Shown here: positions 8,295 through 17,543 of the stretch, piece by piece
Position numbering within the stretch: the first letter of the stretch is position 1
How the letters are laid out: every line of letters begins with the position of its first letter
Virus record (IMG/VR): IMGVR_UViG_3300017708_000345
Span: 1 to 59,494 of that record
DNA from: a virus
Lineage: Duplodnaviria > Caudoviricetes
Reading direction: 5' to 3' (one strand)
Length of the DNA stretch: 59,494 nucleotides
Made by a program: the position numbers and the translations under genes
Notes under the pieces: model-generated
The model's database searches: none
The model's input: only the letters and a program-made list of their open reading frames with translations
Told to the model about the DNA's origin: nothing

Positions 8295-9029
8295 TTAGAA
8301 ACCGTTCGTCTTAAATCCGTTAGAAACTGTTTTACCGCCTGAGGGTGCTTCAACTTTTGTTGTTGAAAATCCTCTGGCCCCGCCGCGAGTCCTTCTTCTT
8401 CTCTTTCTTCTTAGTTTTGCACGATTTGGGTCAGAAGCAGAAGTATATGAAAGCCTTGGTCTATTGCTGGCAGTAGCATCAGCAAATGTACTAAATTGAG
8501 TAATAGAATTAACGGCTGCTGTTGGGCTAGTTCTTGTATAATCGTCGGCTCCAACTGCCACAAAATCAATACGATCCAAACTTGCCAAATCAGAAAGAGC
8601 TGCGGCGGTCAGACTTATTGTTACAAGGCCGGTGCCAGAAGGAGTAATTAGCCCACTGTACAGTGTTACTCCGTTTGTTTGTAAACTAACCTTAGTATTT
8701 GTATATCCCTGAAGTCTTCCGAAAGATGTAACGGGCTGATCTTGATCATCGAGAAGACTGGCACCTTTTACAAGATAAAAAGGCTCATTTGCATTAGCGG
8801 TAATATTCAATCTTAGCTCAGCAGCAGAGGGGGCGCTTGCTATACCGCTTACATCAAATTGGATGAAAACTCTAGTGCAATCAAAATTGTCTAGCGCAGA
8901 GTTAGCCGATCTTAAAACAAACAATCCTTCATTGACGGTCGTTCCGTTTCGGGGGGCGGACGCAAAGCGCCAACTTGATGCGTTAAAAATTCCCACTGAG
9001 TTATCAAAACCGGTGTTTATATTTGGCAT
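8295..9029 (-). CDS. Hypothetical virion protein, possible DNRLRE/CBM96-like beta domain with Arg-rich C-tail
   Basis: RVFIQFDVSGI...AAELRL...RPRLSY pattern recalls DNRLRE-type domains; tail KLRRKRRRRTRGG. Confidence 0.45.
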   Translation of the reverse strand: MPNINTGFDNSVGIFNASSWRFASAPRNGTTVNEGLFVLRSANSALDNFDCTRVFIQFDVSGIASAPSAAELRLNITANANEPFYLVKGASLLDDQDQPVTSFGRLQGYTNTKVSLQTNGVTLYSGLITPSGTGLVTISLTAAALSDLASLDRIDFVAVGADDYTRTSPTAAVNSITQFSTFADATASNRPRLSYTSASDPNRAKLRRKRRRRTRGGARGFSTTKVEAPSGGKTVSNGFKTNGF

Positions 9030-9436
9030 TAGATAAGGGACTTCCAGTTCTTGCCGCCGAGAGCCATAATCCCTGAAATATCAACGCCGGGATCATCTGG
9101 GTCTTGCCCTGCCATTGGGCTTGCAGGGCCTGAAGACCTTGCCTCAGGTGCGGCTGGGGTTGTACCTTCGAAAAGATTCACTCCGTTGAAAGCGTCTTTA
9201 CCAATAGCATCAAGGAGTTGCTTTCTTTGCCTATTAAGGTTTTCGTTTCTGACCTCCACACTCTTGTCTTCTTGTGGAATAACTTGTTGTCTGGTCTCTG
9301 CAATTACTTGACCTCCACCAAGACCCTGAGCAACCTCAGATACGATACCCGTAAGGAGACCATCCTCGAAAATGGTTTCGTGAATACACTCTTTTACAAT
9401 AGGCTTAATTAGCTTTTTTAATTCTGATCTTTTCAT
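9029..9436 (-). CDS. Hypothetical head-module protein
   Basis: 135 aa, coupled to both neighbours by TAATG overlaps; N-terminus MKRSELKKLIKPIVKECIHE. Confidence 0.6.
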   Translation of the reverse strand: MKRSELKKLIKPIVKECIHETIFEDGLLTGIVSEVAQGLGGGQVIAETRQQVIPQEDKSVEVRNENLNRQRKQLLDAIGKDAFNGVNLFEGTTPAAPEARSSGPASPMAGQDPDDPGVDISGIMALGGKNWKSLI

Positions 9437-10050
9437 TAGTCTCTCAAAATATTGTTGAGCATACGATTAATCTTATCTGCTCTTGTAAAAATGTTTGGTT
9501 CTTTGTGCTCATGAATACCAGCCTTGACATGCATGAAAGCACCGGGGGTTGATGGCTCTGAAACAAAATCAAAACAAATAAGTTGAAAATCTTCCTCAAC
9601 CATCATCCTTCCTGCTGATTCTCTAACAGAGCCAAGGCCACGAGATGAGATACCTAGTGTAACACCAGAATTGGCCAATTGTTTTAGAATCTGGCCGGAT
9701 GGTGTATTCAAGATTTCGACCTTGCCCATAAGAGCAGTGCCGTCCCACCACATATCAATAACAAGGTGAGAAGCATTCTTTAAGTTAATTACAGAGTCGT
9801 CAGGGTGATCTAACTCACCTAATGCTCTGCGCTCTCTTACGAGCTTCCGGTAATTGTCTACTTCTCTTTGAAGAATATTCTTAGAATAAACTCTACCATT
9901 ACCATTAGGTGTGTCGTACTTCTGCATACAGCCTGTCATGTAAAACTTCTTGCCTTCGGCCATTAGTTTCTTTTCTTGCTCAGTTAGCAAGTCTTGACAG
10001 ACACCACCGTCACATAGTGCATAGTATTCTCGTAAAAGTTGTTTACTCAT
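9436..10050 (-). CDS. Prohead core protease (T4 gp21 family)
   Basis: NGNGRVY, ALGELDHP (catalytic His), GISSRGLGS (catalytic Ser) and FDFVSEPSTPGA. Confidence 0.95.
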   Translation of the reverse strand: MSKQLLREYYALCDGGVCQDLLTEQEKKLMAEGKKFYMTGCMQKYDTPNGNGRVYSKNILQREVDNYRKLVRERRALGELDHPDDSVINLKNASHLVIDMWWDGTALMGKVEILNTPSGQILKQLANSGVTLGISSRGLGSVRESAGRMMVEEDFQLICFDFVSEPSTPGAFMHVKAGIHEHKEPNIFTRADKINRMLNNILRD

Positions 10051-10062
10051 GGTTATCTCCGT

Positions 10063-10087
10063 AAAAAAGGCGGGCGCTACCCGCCCG
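10063..10087 (-). terminator. Terminator-like hairpin just upstream of the protease RBS
   Basis: Minus strand GGGCGGG-TAGCG-CCCGCC-TTTTTT, immediately followed by ACGGAGATAACC-ATG of the protease. Confidence 0.7.
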
Positions 10088-10089
10088 AG

Positions 10090-10140
10090 CTAAGAGCCGC
10101 TACAGCAGCGGCGAACGTCTGGAATATTTCTACGTCGCAT
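10090..10140 (-). CDS. Putative 16-aa leader peptide MRRRNIPDVRRCCSGS
   Basis: GGGAG SD precedes the ATG at 10140, which overlaps the upstream gene's stop. Ends in TAG at 10090-10092, 39 nt before and in frame with the protease ATG. Confidence 0.55.
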   Translation of the reverse strand: MRRRNIPDVRRCCSGS

Positions 10141-10450
10141 TGTTTACTCCCTTTATCTTCAAGCCATCATCATCGACAAGCATTGAAAGCATGTAAGATG
10201 TTCCTGAACCAACACACCCACAAATAAGAAAGTTCGCAAGTGTATATTCAAAAGTAAATAGTTCTGTCCAACGGTTTATGACAAACAAAAACCATCCGGC
10301 GTGAAAACCGAAACAAAGAGGGCAATGGAATAATTTTCCAAATCCATTTAGCCACTCTTTACTTGGACGAATTGAATTAAAAATACTGGCATTTACTACG
10401 AGAAAAGTTAGGCCGTAGCAAGCCAGCATAAACCATAATAATTGCGTCAC
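10130..10450 (-). CDS. Small membrane protein with CxxC (DUF1360-like)
   Basis: 106 aa with three hydrophobic segments and GKLFHCPLCFGFH, the DUF1360-type LxxCPxCxGxW/H motif. Confidence 0.55.
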   Translation of the reverse strand: MTQLLWFMLACYGLTFLVVNASIFNSIRPSKEWLNGFGKLFHCPLCFGFHAGWFLFVINRWTELFTFEYTLANFLICGCVGSGTSYMLSMLVDDDGLKIKGVNNAT

Positions 10451-11235
10451 ATATCCCCCTTGAGGAAATAGTATCCATGATCCTTGAAAGCCTTCTTGTC
10501 CATAATGTCTTTGCCTTCGCTATCAACTGGTGAGTGTCCGGGGAAAGTTGTCATCAGGGACACAACTGGCTTTTCACCAATCTTGCCAATCTCTGCAACA
10601 ATAATGTTGACTAATTTTGTAGGATTCTGCCTCTTGTCACCGGGTATAACACCAATTTCCTGCTTGATAAAAGATGGTTTATCAGACGCTAGATCTTCCT
10701 CTGTATATGGGCTTCCATCCTGATTTACTAGTTCGTATTTGTTATCAGCGGCGACTTTAGACACAACAGCCCAATCTTTGACTCTATCTGTCATTCCAAA
10801 CTTTTCCAAATCAGTAATTGCTTTGATTGATGGATCGCTTGGATCTGCCTTCTTAAGACTGTCTAGGCCAATATCTTCTTTAGCAGGAACATTTAACCAC
10901 TTGTATTTTTGTACTCCTCTTTCTTCAGCCGCTTTGAAATCTTTTTTTGCCATGATGTCAAGCATCAAGTCTTTAACTTGGTCTTTTGAAATTGTCCAAG
11001 TTGAGATAGGATTCTTTTCATCAAAGTGCTTACTCATGTGTGGAGAATCAAGTGAGTCCTTGAATAATACAAATACAAAAGGACCAGCCTCTTTGACAGT
11101 CTCTGCACTAACCTCACTGGCTTTCCCAGACAAGAACCTATTATCAGCAATCATTTTGCGAACTTGTTCTATTGTATCCGAGGCTTCTTCTGCCTCATTC
11201 AAAAATCTCTTCCAGTTTTCTAACATAAGTTTCAT
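10447..11235 (-). CDS. Hypothetical protein, candidate internal head protein
   Basis: 262 aa, SD GGAG; N-terminal leader MKLMLENWKRFLNE. Confidence 0.6.
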   Translation of the reverse strand: MKLMLENWKRFLNEAEEASDTIEQVRKMIADNRFLSGKASEVSAETVKEAGPFVFVLFKDSLDSPHMSKHFDEKNPISTWTISKDQVKDLMLDIMAKKDFKAAEERGVQKYKWLNVPAKEDIGLDSLKKADPSDPSIKAITDLEKFGMTDRVKDWAVVSKVAADNKYELVNQDGSPYTEEDLASDKPSFIKQEIGVIPGDKRQNPTKLVNIIVAEIGKIGEKPVVSLMTTFPGHSPVDSEGKDIMDKKAFKDHGYYFLKGDM

Positions 11236-11246
11236 AATAATATCTC

Positions 11247-11795
11247 CTAGTAAGTGTATGACATCCAGTAAGGACCGTAGTTATAGCCGGGACGTAGTGC
11301 GCCCTTCTCGGCTTCTTGCGGAACCTCACCTAGTTCTGTTGAGTCTTCTTCATCTGGATCAACATATCGCTCCATCTCCATCTCTTCATACTCATCCATG
11401 AATTCAAAGTACGGACGCTCAGAGTCCATCCATCTGGAGATGTTTACGATGGCCATGTTTTCTGCGTCGAAGTCAGTTGAGTTCTGAATCTTAGCTTCCA
11501 TAGAACCATAAACAGAGCCTGCTTGAATTGATTCAGGTACAACAATGCCTCTTTTGGTCAAGTAAGTAAACAATCTATCCTGAGCACCATATACCAGTTC
11601 TGACATTAAATCCTTGGCAATAGCCAAAATCTTGTTTTTGCCTTTGAGGATTATAATATCAATGTCACTGTGATCAGAAATATAAATGTCTCCGTTTAGA
11701 GACTTTCGAACAACCAACTGAACGTTTATAGAATTATCTTGTTCCTCAGGAGCCAATTCGGGTTTTGGCTCACCGATTCTGACTTTGACAGCCAT
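11247..11795 (-). CDS. Hypothetical head-module protein
   Basis: 182 aa, acidic C-terminus (DSTELGEVPQ), TAATG-coupled to the upstream gene. Confidence 0.6.
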   Translation of the reverse strand: MAVKVRIGEPKPELAPEEQDNSINVQLVVRKSLNGDIYISDHSDIDIIILKGKNKILAIAKDLMSELVYGAQDRLFTYLTKRGIVVPESIQAGSVYGSMEAKIQNSTDFDAENMAIVNISRWMDSERPYFEFMDEYEEMEMERYVDPDEEDSTELGEVPQEAEKGALRPGYNYGPYWMSYTY

Positions 11796-12625
11796 TACTC
11801 TTTACACTCCGCAACAAGAGACTGGATTGACATTATCTTTTCGATCATGCTTGAATCAATCTTCTTCGTTTGGAATCTCCCGACGACTTCCTGAAGTTGA
11901 CCGACTTTATTTAGCATCTGCTCGTCTTGCTTAATGTCCTCGTCCTCTTTTAGGGAAGCAAGGTTCTCTTTAATTCTTCCAAGCTCTTCGTTGACATAAA
12001 CTTTAAACTCAACGTCTTTGCTATCGAAAGAAACAATATATTTGTTTAGAAGCTCTCGCTGCTCGTTTAGTAACTGGCCATCATACTTTTGATTGAAGTT
12101 CTCAATTACTTTCTTAAATACGAGATTATCAATGTGCTCTAGCCTGTCTTCTCTAATTGGTGCAGCAGCAGGCTTAGCAACAAGTCTACCAACAACCCTT
12201 CTCTCAAGAAGAACCTTCTGCTTTGCAGGGAGGCTATCTGTGAAGATCTGTGCGATTGAAGCTAATGTCTTGTAGTTTGGAATAAAGTTCGAGAAAGCAC
12301 TCGCGCCAACAACCTTGTTAATTGATTCAATAAGGGTTGTCTGAGTGTTGAACACTTCGGTGCGGTCTAATTCTGCGAACTGCTTTTTTGTTTCTTGGAT
12401 TAGTCGCTCTGCTGTGTAAACGTCGAGGCGATGAGTCTCGTTTAGTGCCTTGTAGAGTTCTAGCTCTTTCTTTAGGATGGTTCCCTTCGAGAAGAACTCT
12501 TTTACAATCTTAACAATCTCAGACTTGCGCTGAGCGTCCTGTTCAACAACTGCTTTTGTTAATTCCTTTACAAGTGTCTCATACAAAAAAGCGGTATTTC
12601 TTTTTTTATTATGTTTGAGTTTCAT
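11795..12625 (-). CDS. Hypothetical helical protein downstream of portal (prohead core component?)
   Basis: 276 aa, MKLKHNKKRNTAFLYETL, many L-x-E sites; overlaps the portal stop. Confidence 0.6.
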   Translation of the reverse strand: MKLKHNKKRNTAFLYETLVKELTKAVVEQDAQRKSEIVKIVKEFFSKGTILKKELELYKALNETHRLDVYTAERLIQETKKQFAELDRTEVFNTQTTLIESINKVVGASAFSNFIPNYKTLASIAQIFTDSLPAKQKVLLERRVVGRLVAKPAAAPIREDRLEHIDNLVFKKVIENFNQKYDGQLLNEQRELLNKYIVSFDSKDVEFKVYVNEELGRIKENLASLKEDEDIKQDEQMLNKVGQLQEVVGRFQTKKIDSSMIEKIMSIQSLVAECKE

Positions 12626-14594
12626 TATTTGGCTCCGATGTTTTGGCTAAGCTTTCAATAAGTGTTTTTACTTCCCAACTGGTTTGAAGTATTCTTTCTT
12701 CATCTAGTTGGAAGCCTTCTTTATAATTAGATTCTTGTCCTTCAAACATCCCCTTTGCAAGTGAATCTAATCCACCTACACCCTTTTTACCGGGAACGAT
12801 TGTTCTTGGATCAACATATCCGCCTGCAACGGACTTCATATGTTGCTTTACACCACCCCTGTCGCGCTTATCTCTCTTTACAGGGTAGTATACCTTACCC
12901 TTTGCGCCGGGGGTTAGATAGCCGTCTTCACGACGACCTGCGGGGGCTGCTGTATCTGGAGTTGAAAGCAACACGTCATCACCTGCTCCAAGATCTTCAG
13001 GAGCCTCAGGAGCTTCTGGTTCCGCTGCTGGTGTTTCCTCTGCTCCGAGTCCTGCTCCAAGATCGGCACCAAGGTCACCGCCGAGGTCCGCGCCAAGATC
13101 ATCGCCAAGGCCACCGCCTCCGATACCGGCTGCTTCTTCTTGCATGGCTTCAGCAACGGCTGATAGCTGAGCATCAAACTTGCGATCATAGAATAGCTCG
13201 CGCTGGTTGCGTAGGAATTCTTCGTGTGACATGTTGAATAGGTGCTCTGCAACCCAACGACGTGAGAAGAATCCATCTGTAGCTGCACCAGCAACAGTAA
13301 ACTTCTTGTCCCAATGCTCTAGTTCTTGTAGCTCTGCGATCTTGGATGGGTTGTTTAGTGAAAGATCAAAAGAAAGTAGGTCGTCGCCTCTATATCCGAT
13401 TGTGTAAAGGTGAACCACACCAATCTTCTCTAGCTCAGAAATAGCTGCTCTTTGCAGTCTCTGGATTGTTCTGGCGAATCGAATGTCTTTTTGTGCCAAA
13501 GTTGTCTTGTCTTCTTCTGCTCCCTCGTTGTTTGTAAGGTAGGAAGCAGGAATCTTAAGTGCAGAGAACAACTTATCTCTAAGATACTTGACATCTTCAA
13601 TATCGTTCGCTCTTGCTTGGCCAGCAACATTTGTAATATCTGTCTTGCTGTCTCCACGGACAGGAATGAAATAATCCTCCTCAACAGAGAATGGCTTATA
13701 GCGAAGGTCAACACGGCCTGTGTTCTGGTCGATTACAGTGTTGCGCTTCATTGAAGTAATAACCTTCTGCATGTACTGTTCGACTTCGTTTGGTGGAATC
13801 TGGCCAACGTCGATCTTAAATAGCTTACGATCAGGGGCGCGGACAATACGGTAAGCCATCATCGCGTCTTCCATAAGAGTTAGCTGACGCCAAATACGTC
13901 GTGCTGGCTCTAGAACTGATGTACCATACGGAGCGTACTTGTCGTTTCCAAGGATACGGAAGTGACCAACTTGCCAGTTCTCGAAGGTCATACCGGCTGA
14001 GTTCCACTGGAACTGGTAATAGTTTGCGTTTGTTTCATCTTCGCCCTCTAGTCTCTCGACCTCGTTAGAAGGAAGGCCAATTGCAGACTTGATACCGTAC
14101 TTCTCATCAATGTCTAGATAAAGGAAGAAGTCTCCGTACTTGCACATTGAACGACACCAGCCAAACATGTTGTGCTCGATGTTCAAAACGTTGTGATAAA
14201 GAGAATCAAGAACAGCCTTAATCTCTTCGTTTGGACATTTAATGTTAAGCATCGGAGTGAGCGTAGAGTGAGTTGTCATCTCGTCAGCGTAAATGTCAAG
14301 GGCTGAAGCAATCTCTGGTGTGTACTCCATCTGATCAAAGTCAACATACCGCTCGGTGCGGTTGTGTTGATTCATAATACCTAGTTGAAGGTTGTTGGCT
14401 CCATAAGAGCGTGAAGTCTTAAACGCCTGACCGCTGGCTGAACGGAAATCCGCAGCGTGTTTATCAAGCTGGTATCTTCTTAGTCTTCTGCCTGTCTGAG
14501 TTCTTCGACTGACAAGTGGACCAGAAAAGATTCTTGTTAGTGACTTGAAAAGTTCAGATCTTGGATTTCTTGGATTGTTGTTTCTGTTAGCCAT
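12609..14594 (-). CDS. Portal vertex protein (T4 gp20 family)
   Basis: PEIASALDIYADE, QLTLMEDAMMAYRIVRAPDRKLFKIDVG, EEDYFIPVRG, IEDVKYLRDKLFSALKIP and DIRFARTIQRLQ. Confidence 0.96.
   Translation of the reverse strand: MANRNNNPRNPRSELFKSLTRIFSGPLVSRRTQTGRRLRRYQLDKHAADFRSASGQAFKTSRSYGANNLQLGIMNQHNRTERYVDFDQMEYTPEIASALDIYADEMTTHSTLTPMLNIKCPNEEIKAVLDSLYHNVLNIEHNMFGWCRSMCKYGDFFLYLDIDEKYGIKSAIGLPSNEVERLEGEDETNANYYQFQWNSAGMTFENWQVGHFRILGNDKYAPYGTSVLEPARRIWRQLTLMEDAMMAYRIVRAPDRKLFKIDVGQIPPNEVEQYMQKVITSMKRNTVIDQNTGRVDLRYKPFSVEEDYFIPVRGDSKTDITNVAGQARANDIEDVKYLRDKLFSALKIPASYLTNNEGAEEDKTTLAQKDIRFARTIQRLQRAAISELEKIGVVHLYTIGYRGDDLLSFDLSLNNPSKIAELQELEHWDKKFTVAGAATDGFFSRRWVAEHLFNMSHEEFLRNQRELFYDRKFDAQLSAVAEAMQEEAAGIGGGGLGDDLGADLGGDLGADLGAGLGAEETPAAEPEAPEAPEDLGAGDDVLLSTPDTAAPAGRREDGYLTPGAKGKVYYPVKRDKRDRGGVKQHMKSVAGGYVDPRTIVPGKKGVGGLDSLAKGMFEGQESNYKEGFQLDEERILQTSWEVKTLIESLAKTSEPNNETQT
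13050..13116 (-). repeat. Degenerate 12-nt repeats encoding (D/G)LG(A/G/D) units in the portal C-tail
   Basis: Translation GGGGLGDDLGADLGGDLGADLGAGLG; DNA units of the form CCAAGATCxxCx / CCAAGGTCxxCx. Confidence 0.6.
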
Positions 14595-14598
14595 TTAT

Positions 14599-16185
14599 CT
14601 ATCCCTTGATTAACCAAACAAATTGTTCGTAGTTCTTTTTTTGTTGCTTCATCTCGTCACTGTAAGAGTCTTGACGATAACCTTCCATGCCCGGAATTGC
14701 TGTGTTGAGAGTTTTTCTGCTTGTTTGAATTGAGCCGATCATTGCTTTTCTATAATCCATGTCTCTCTGATTCACTGTTAAGGCAGTATCTCTTACCCAA
14801 CAACCAATTGCCAAAGCCATTACTAAATCATCGTGGTAACTCCTCATAGCTTCCGCTCTGTTGTTATTCCAGATAAAAGTCTTGAATTCGTCTATGATTC
14901 GTGAAGAATACACATTAATTAGTTTATTTCTGATGAACTCTTCCATTTTAGCAACGATTAGTGGTCTTGTCTTAGCGGAAGTTGTAAAACCGGGTACTGA
15001 GTTCGTTATAGACTCGGCTCTTAGTTGGTCAACATACTCGTGCGTTCCCTTAATAGAGAAATAAAGATTTGGATAAAGTCCGTCTTGTAGTTTCTCTAAA
15101 ACTGAAATCCCAAGGCTGTTGTTTTCAACCACCAGCAAACAATTACCAAATTCTCTGCCTGTACTGTCAAGTATAGAAGAAAATTGTCCCAAGTTCGGTT
15201 TCCCGCGATATTCACCTATAACCTCCATAGTCTCTAATTTAATTATATGGAAAACAGAAAAATCTGCTCCGTCTCCTCTTGCAACGTCAGCAACAAGCAA
15301 GTAAGTTGAGTCTGGTGAATATTGTTCCCACAACCAAAGGTTTCGATCAAAGCCAGTTCTGTATACTGGAGGCTTGACTCCTGCTACTAATCTTTCTAAG
15401 TCTTCTGGGTGGACTACTGTCTCGCCTGAAGCGTTGAAAGAGCACTCAAGCTCTTGTGCAATTTGGCGGCGGGACATGTTTCTGGTTTCTTTCTCAAACC
15501 ATTCTTTGTCTCTTTCTGGGTGGACATCCCAAGGTAAGTTAACTGGGAAGAAATCGTTTTCTTCTGTTTCTGCCTCAACATATGTTTTGTGGAACCAATT
15601 ACCAACACCGTTTGGTGTAGATAGTGCGATACAGCGACCACCAGTTGATAGCGTAGGATACAAGCCGGTCCACAACTCTTCTAGGCCGTCAACGTGCGCG
15701 GCCTCGTCAATAACAAGCAAAGATAGTGCCTCTGAACGGCCAGCGTCGCCTGATGTAGACGCAGCCTTAACTTCTGAACCATTGGTTAGCACGAAAGAAG
15801 TTCTGTTATCAATTTTAATTTCTGCGATTCTAAGCCAAGGCGGAACATTCATCATAATGTTTTTGACTTTCTTGACCAAGTTGGCAGCGGTAGCAAACTT
15901 TGTAGCAATAACCAAGACATTCTTGTCTCGGTAGAAAAGCATAAGCCAAACAATATAAGCGGCAGTGATGGTAGAAATACCAAGCTGCCGTGCCTTAAGG
16001 ACAATAACAAAACGATGGTCATTGAATTCGTTTAGAATATCGTCCTGATAAGGATATGTCTTGAAGGCAATCAAACCCTTCATTGGGTGTGAGATCTTAG
16101 CGTAGTTGTTTATAAAATAAGATGCGTCTTTACCGCACTTAACAATCTCAGCTATAATCTCTTTTCTGCTTAACGATGGCATCAA
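14599..16185 (-). CDS. Terminase large subunit (T4 gp17 family)
   Basis: YPYQ adenine motif, Walker A KARQLGIST, Walker B LLVIDEAAH, STPNG coupling motif, and RNase H-fold nuclease motifs ADVARGDGADFS, VENN and HDDLVMA. Confidence 0.96.
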   Translation of the reverse strand: MMPSLSRKEIIAEIVKCGKDASYFINNYAKISHPMKGLIAFKTYPYQDDILNEFNDHRFVIVLKARQLGISTITAAYIVWLMLFYRDKNVLVIATKFATAANLVKKVKNIMMNVPPWLRIAEIKIDNRTSFVLTNGSEVKAASTSGDAGRSEALSLLVIDEAAHVDGLEELWTGLYPTLSTGGRCIALSTPNGVGNWFHKTYVEAETEENDFFPVNLPWDVHPERDKEWFEKETRNMSRRQIAQELECSFNASGETVVHPEDLERLVAGVKPPVYRTGFDRNLWLWEQYSPDSTYLLVADVARGDGADFSVFHIIKLETMEVIGEYRGKPNLGQFSSILDSTGREFGNCLLVVENNSLGISVLEKLQDGLYPNLYFSIKGTHEYVDQLRAESITNSVPGFTTSAKTRPLIVAKMEEFIRNKLINVYSSRIIDEFKTFIWNNNRAEAMRSYHDDLVMALAIGCWVRDTALTVNQRDMDYRKAMIGSIQTSRKTLNTAIPGMEGYRQDSYSDEMKQQKKNYEQFVWLIKG

Positions 16186-16697
16186 TCAGCCTTGAGGCCA
16201 CCTTGTTCTAAGAAGTCACGGAAATTAGCATCGAGAGTCTTACGGTCATCGCTACCAGCGTTAACCATCTCTGGTGCATCGGAAGCACCGCCAATATCAT
16301 ACATGCAGTTAGCCTGAACCCAAGAGCGAACGCGAGAAGTATTTTGCACAATTGCCTTCATCTCTCCGTCTTTGGTAAGTGTCAAGCTTTCGCCAGTAAC
16401 CTTTCTGTACTCTTTCTTGAGGAAAGAAGCAATATCTTCAATCATCTGCTCTAGGTCGGACTCAAAACCGTTTGCATAGACTTCCTTGAGTTGGACCTCA
16501 GCGTGATAGTGGATACCAAGCTTTGGACCGTGGAAAGAAACCTTAAAACCGTCCATGACACGAGAGTCAAGGATTGGGTGTCCTTCTTCGCGCTTTAATC
16601 CAATCTTAACGGGCTCGCCGTTTTCGTCTAGAGCACCATCATAGGTATTTGCCATTACCTGTGAAATACCTCTTACAATTTCCATAGTTGTGGCCAT
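16182..16697 (-). CDS. Hypothetical protein
   Basis: 171 aa ORF overlapping the terminase start by 4 nt; SD GGAG upstream. Confidence 0.6.
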   Translation of the reverse strand: MATTMEIVRGISQVMANTYDGALDENGEPVKIGLKREEGHPILDSRVMDGFKVSFHGPKLGIHYHAEVQLKEVYANGFESDLEQMIEDIASFLKKEYRKVTGESLTLTKDGEMKAIVQNTSRVRSWVQANCMYDIGGASDAPEMVNAGSDDRKTLDANFRDFLEQGGLKAD

Positions 16698-17093
16698 TTA
16701 TCTGTTCTCCTTTTCTGGTCTCCAGCCGGTGAGCCAACGCTCTTCTCTTCCTTCAACATACTGGATATAGCAACTATAGCAACAATCGAACTTATTCATG
16801 AATACATCATCTCTAATCTTATGAGAATAGGTGCTGCATACAGGACAGACTCTTTTAGTTGCTTCTCTAGTAAGTAGTTTTTTAGAGATGAAAAATCCAT
16901 CTTGTTCTACTTTATCGTCCTTTTCTTCAAAAGAACGCTCTTTTTCTGCGAGTTTTTTAATTTGCTCTTGGTAAGCTTTCTCTTTTTCGTCGTTCCAGTG
17001 CTTTCTAGGATTCTCTATAGCCTCCGGCCCATACTTCTTTGAAATTGCTTTTTCAAACCTAGCAATATCATTTAAATCAAAATCTTTTTTCAT
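16698..17093 (-). CDS. Hypothetical protein with C-terminal Zn-finger-like motif
   Basis: CPVC-x16-CCYSC followed by RWLTGWRP. Confidence 0.6.
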   Translation of the reverse strand: MKKDFDLNDIARFEKAISKKYGPEAIENPRKHWNDEKEKAYQEQIKKLAEKERSFEEKDDKVEQDGFFISKKLLTREATKRVCPVCSTYSHKIRDDVFMNKFDCCYSCYIQYVEGREERWLTGWRPEKENR

Positions 17094-17543
17094 TTAATTC
17101 AACGCTCTGTCAATAGCATAGGCGCTACCGATACCAATAGCAATACCTGTGACGACTCCACCTGCGATAACAAGTGGAATGTTTAATTTTCTATCTTTCT
17201 TGATGATTCCTCTGAGATCTTCTATTTCTTCGTCTCTGAGTCTCACCATCTCTTCGAATCTTATTGTAGATTCTTCAAACTTAATATTAAGAGTGTCTAT
17301 TTCAAACTGCAATTCATTTCTTTGTAGACCAAGCTCTAGGTCCAACTTGTTCTGAAATTCTTTCTGCTGGAATTCTTTCCAAGTCATCAGCCTTGCTGTT
17401 GCAATGTTATCAAAGCAAGTTGCCTCAAACGGAGTTACACCGCCCTTAGGCAAAAAAGTAAAGTTCCCGTTGTCCCCTGCATTTGCAGGAGGGCTCCACA
17501 AAAGTAAAGCCAGACTTGATATTATTGCAATTTTATTCCACAT
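17094..17543 (-). CDS. Exported coiled-coil protein with C-terminal TM segment (spanin-like?)
   Basis: Signal-peptide-like MWNKIAIISSLALLLWSPPANA, central heptads and C-terminal LVIAGGVVTGIAIGIG; overlaps the upstream membrane gene. Confidence 0.5.
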   Translation of the reverse strand: MWNKIAIISSLALLLWSPPANAGDNGNFTFLPKGGVTPFEATCFDNIATARLMTWKEFQQKEFQNKLDLELGLQRNELQFEIDTLNIKFEESTIRFEEMVRLRDEEIEDLRGIIKKDRKLNIPLVIAGGVVTGIAIGIGSAYAIDRALN

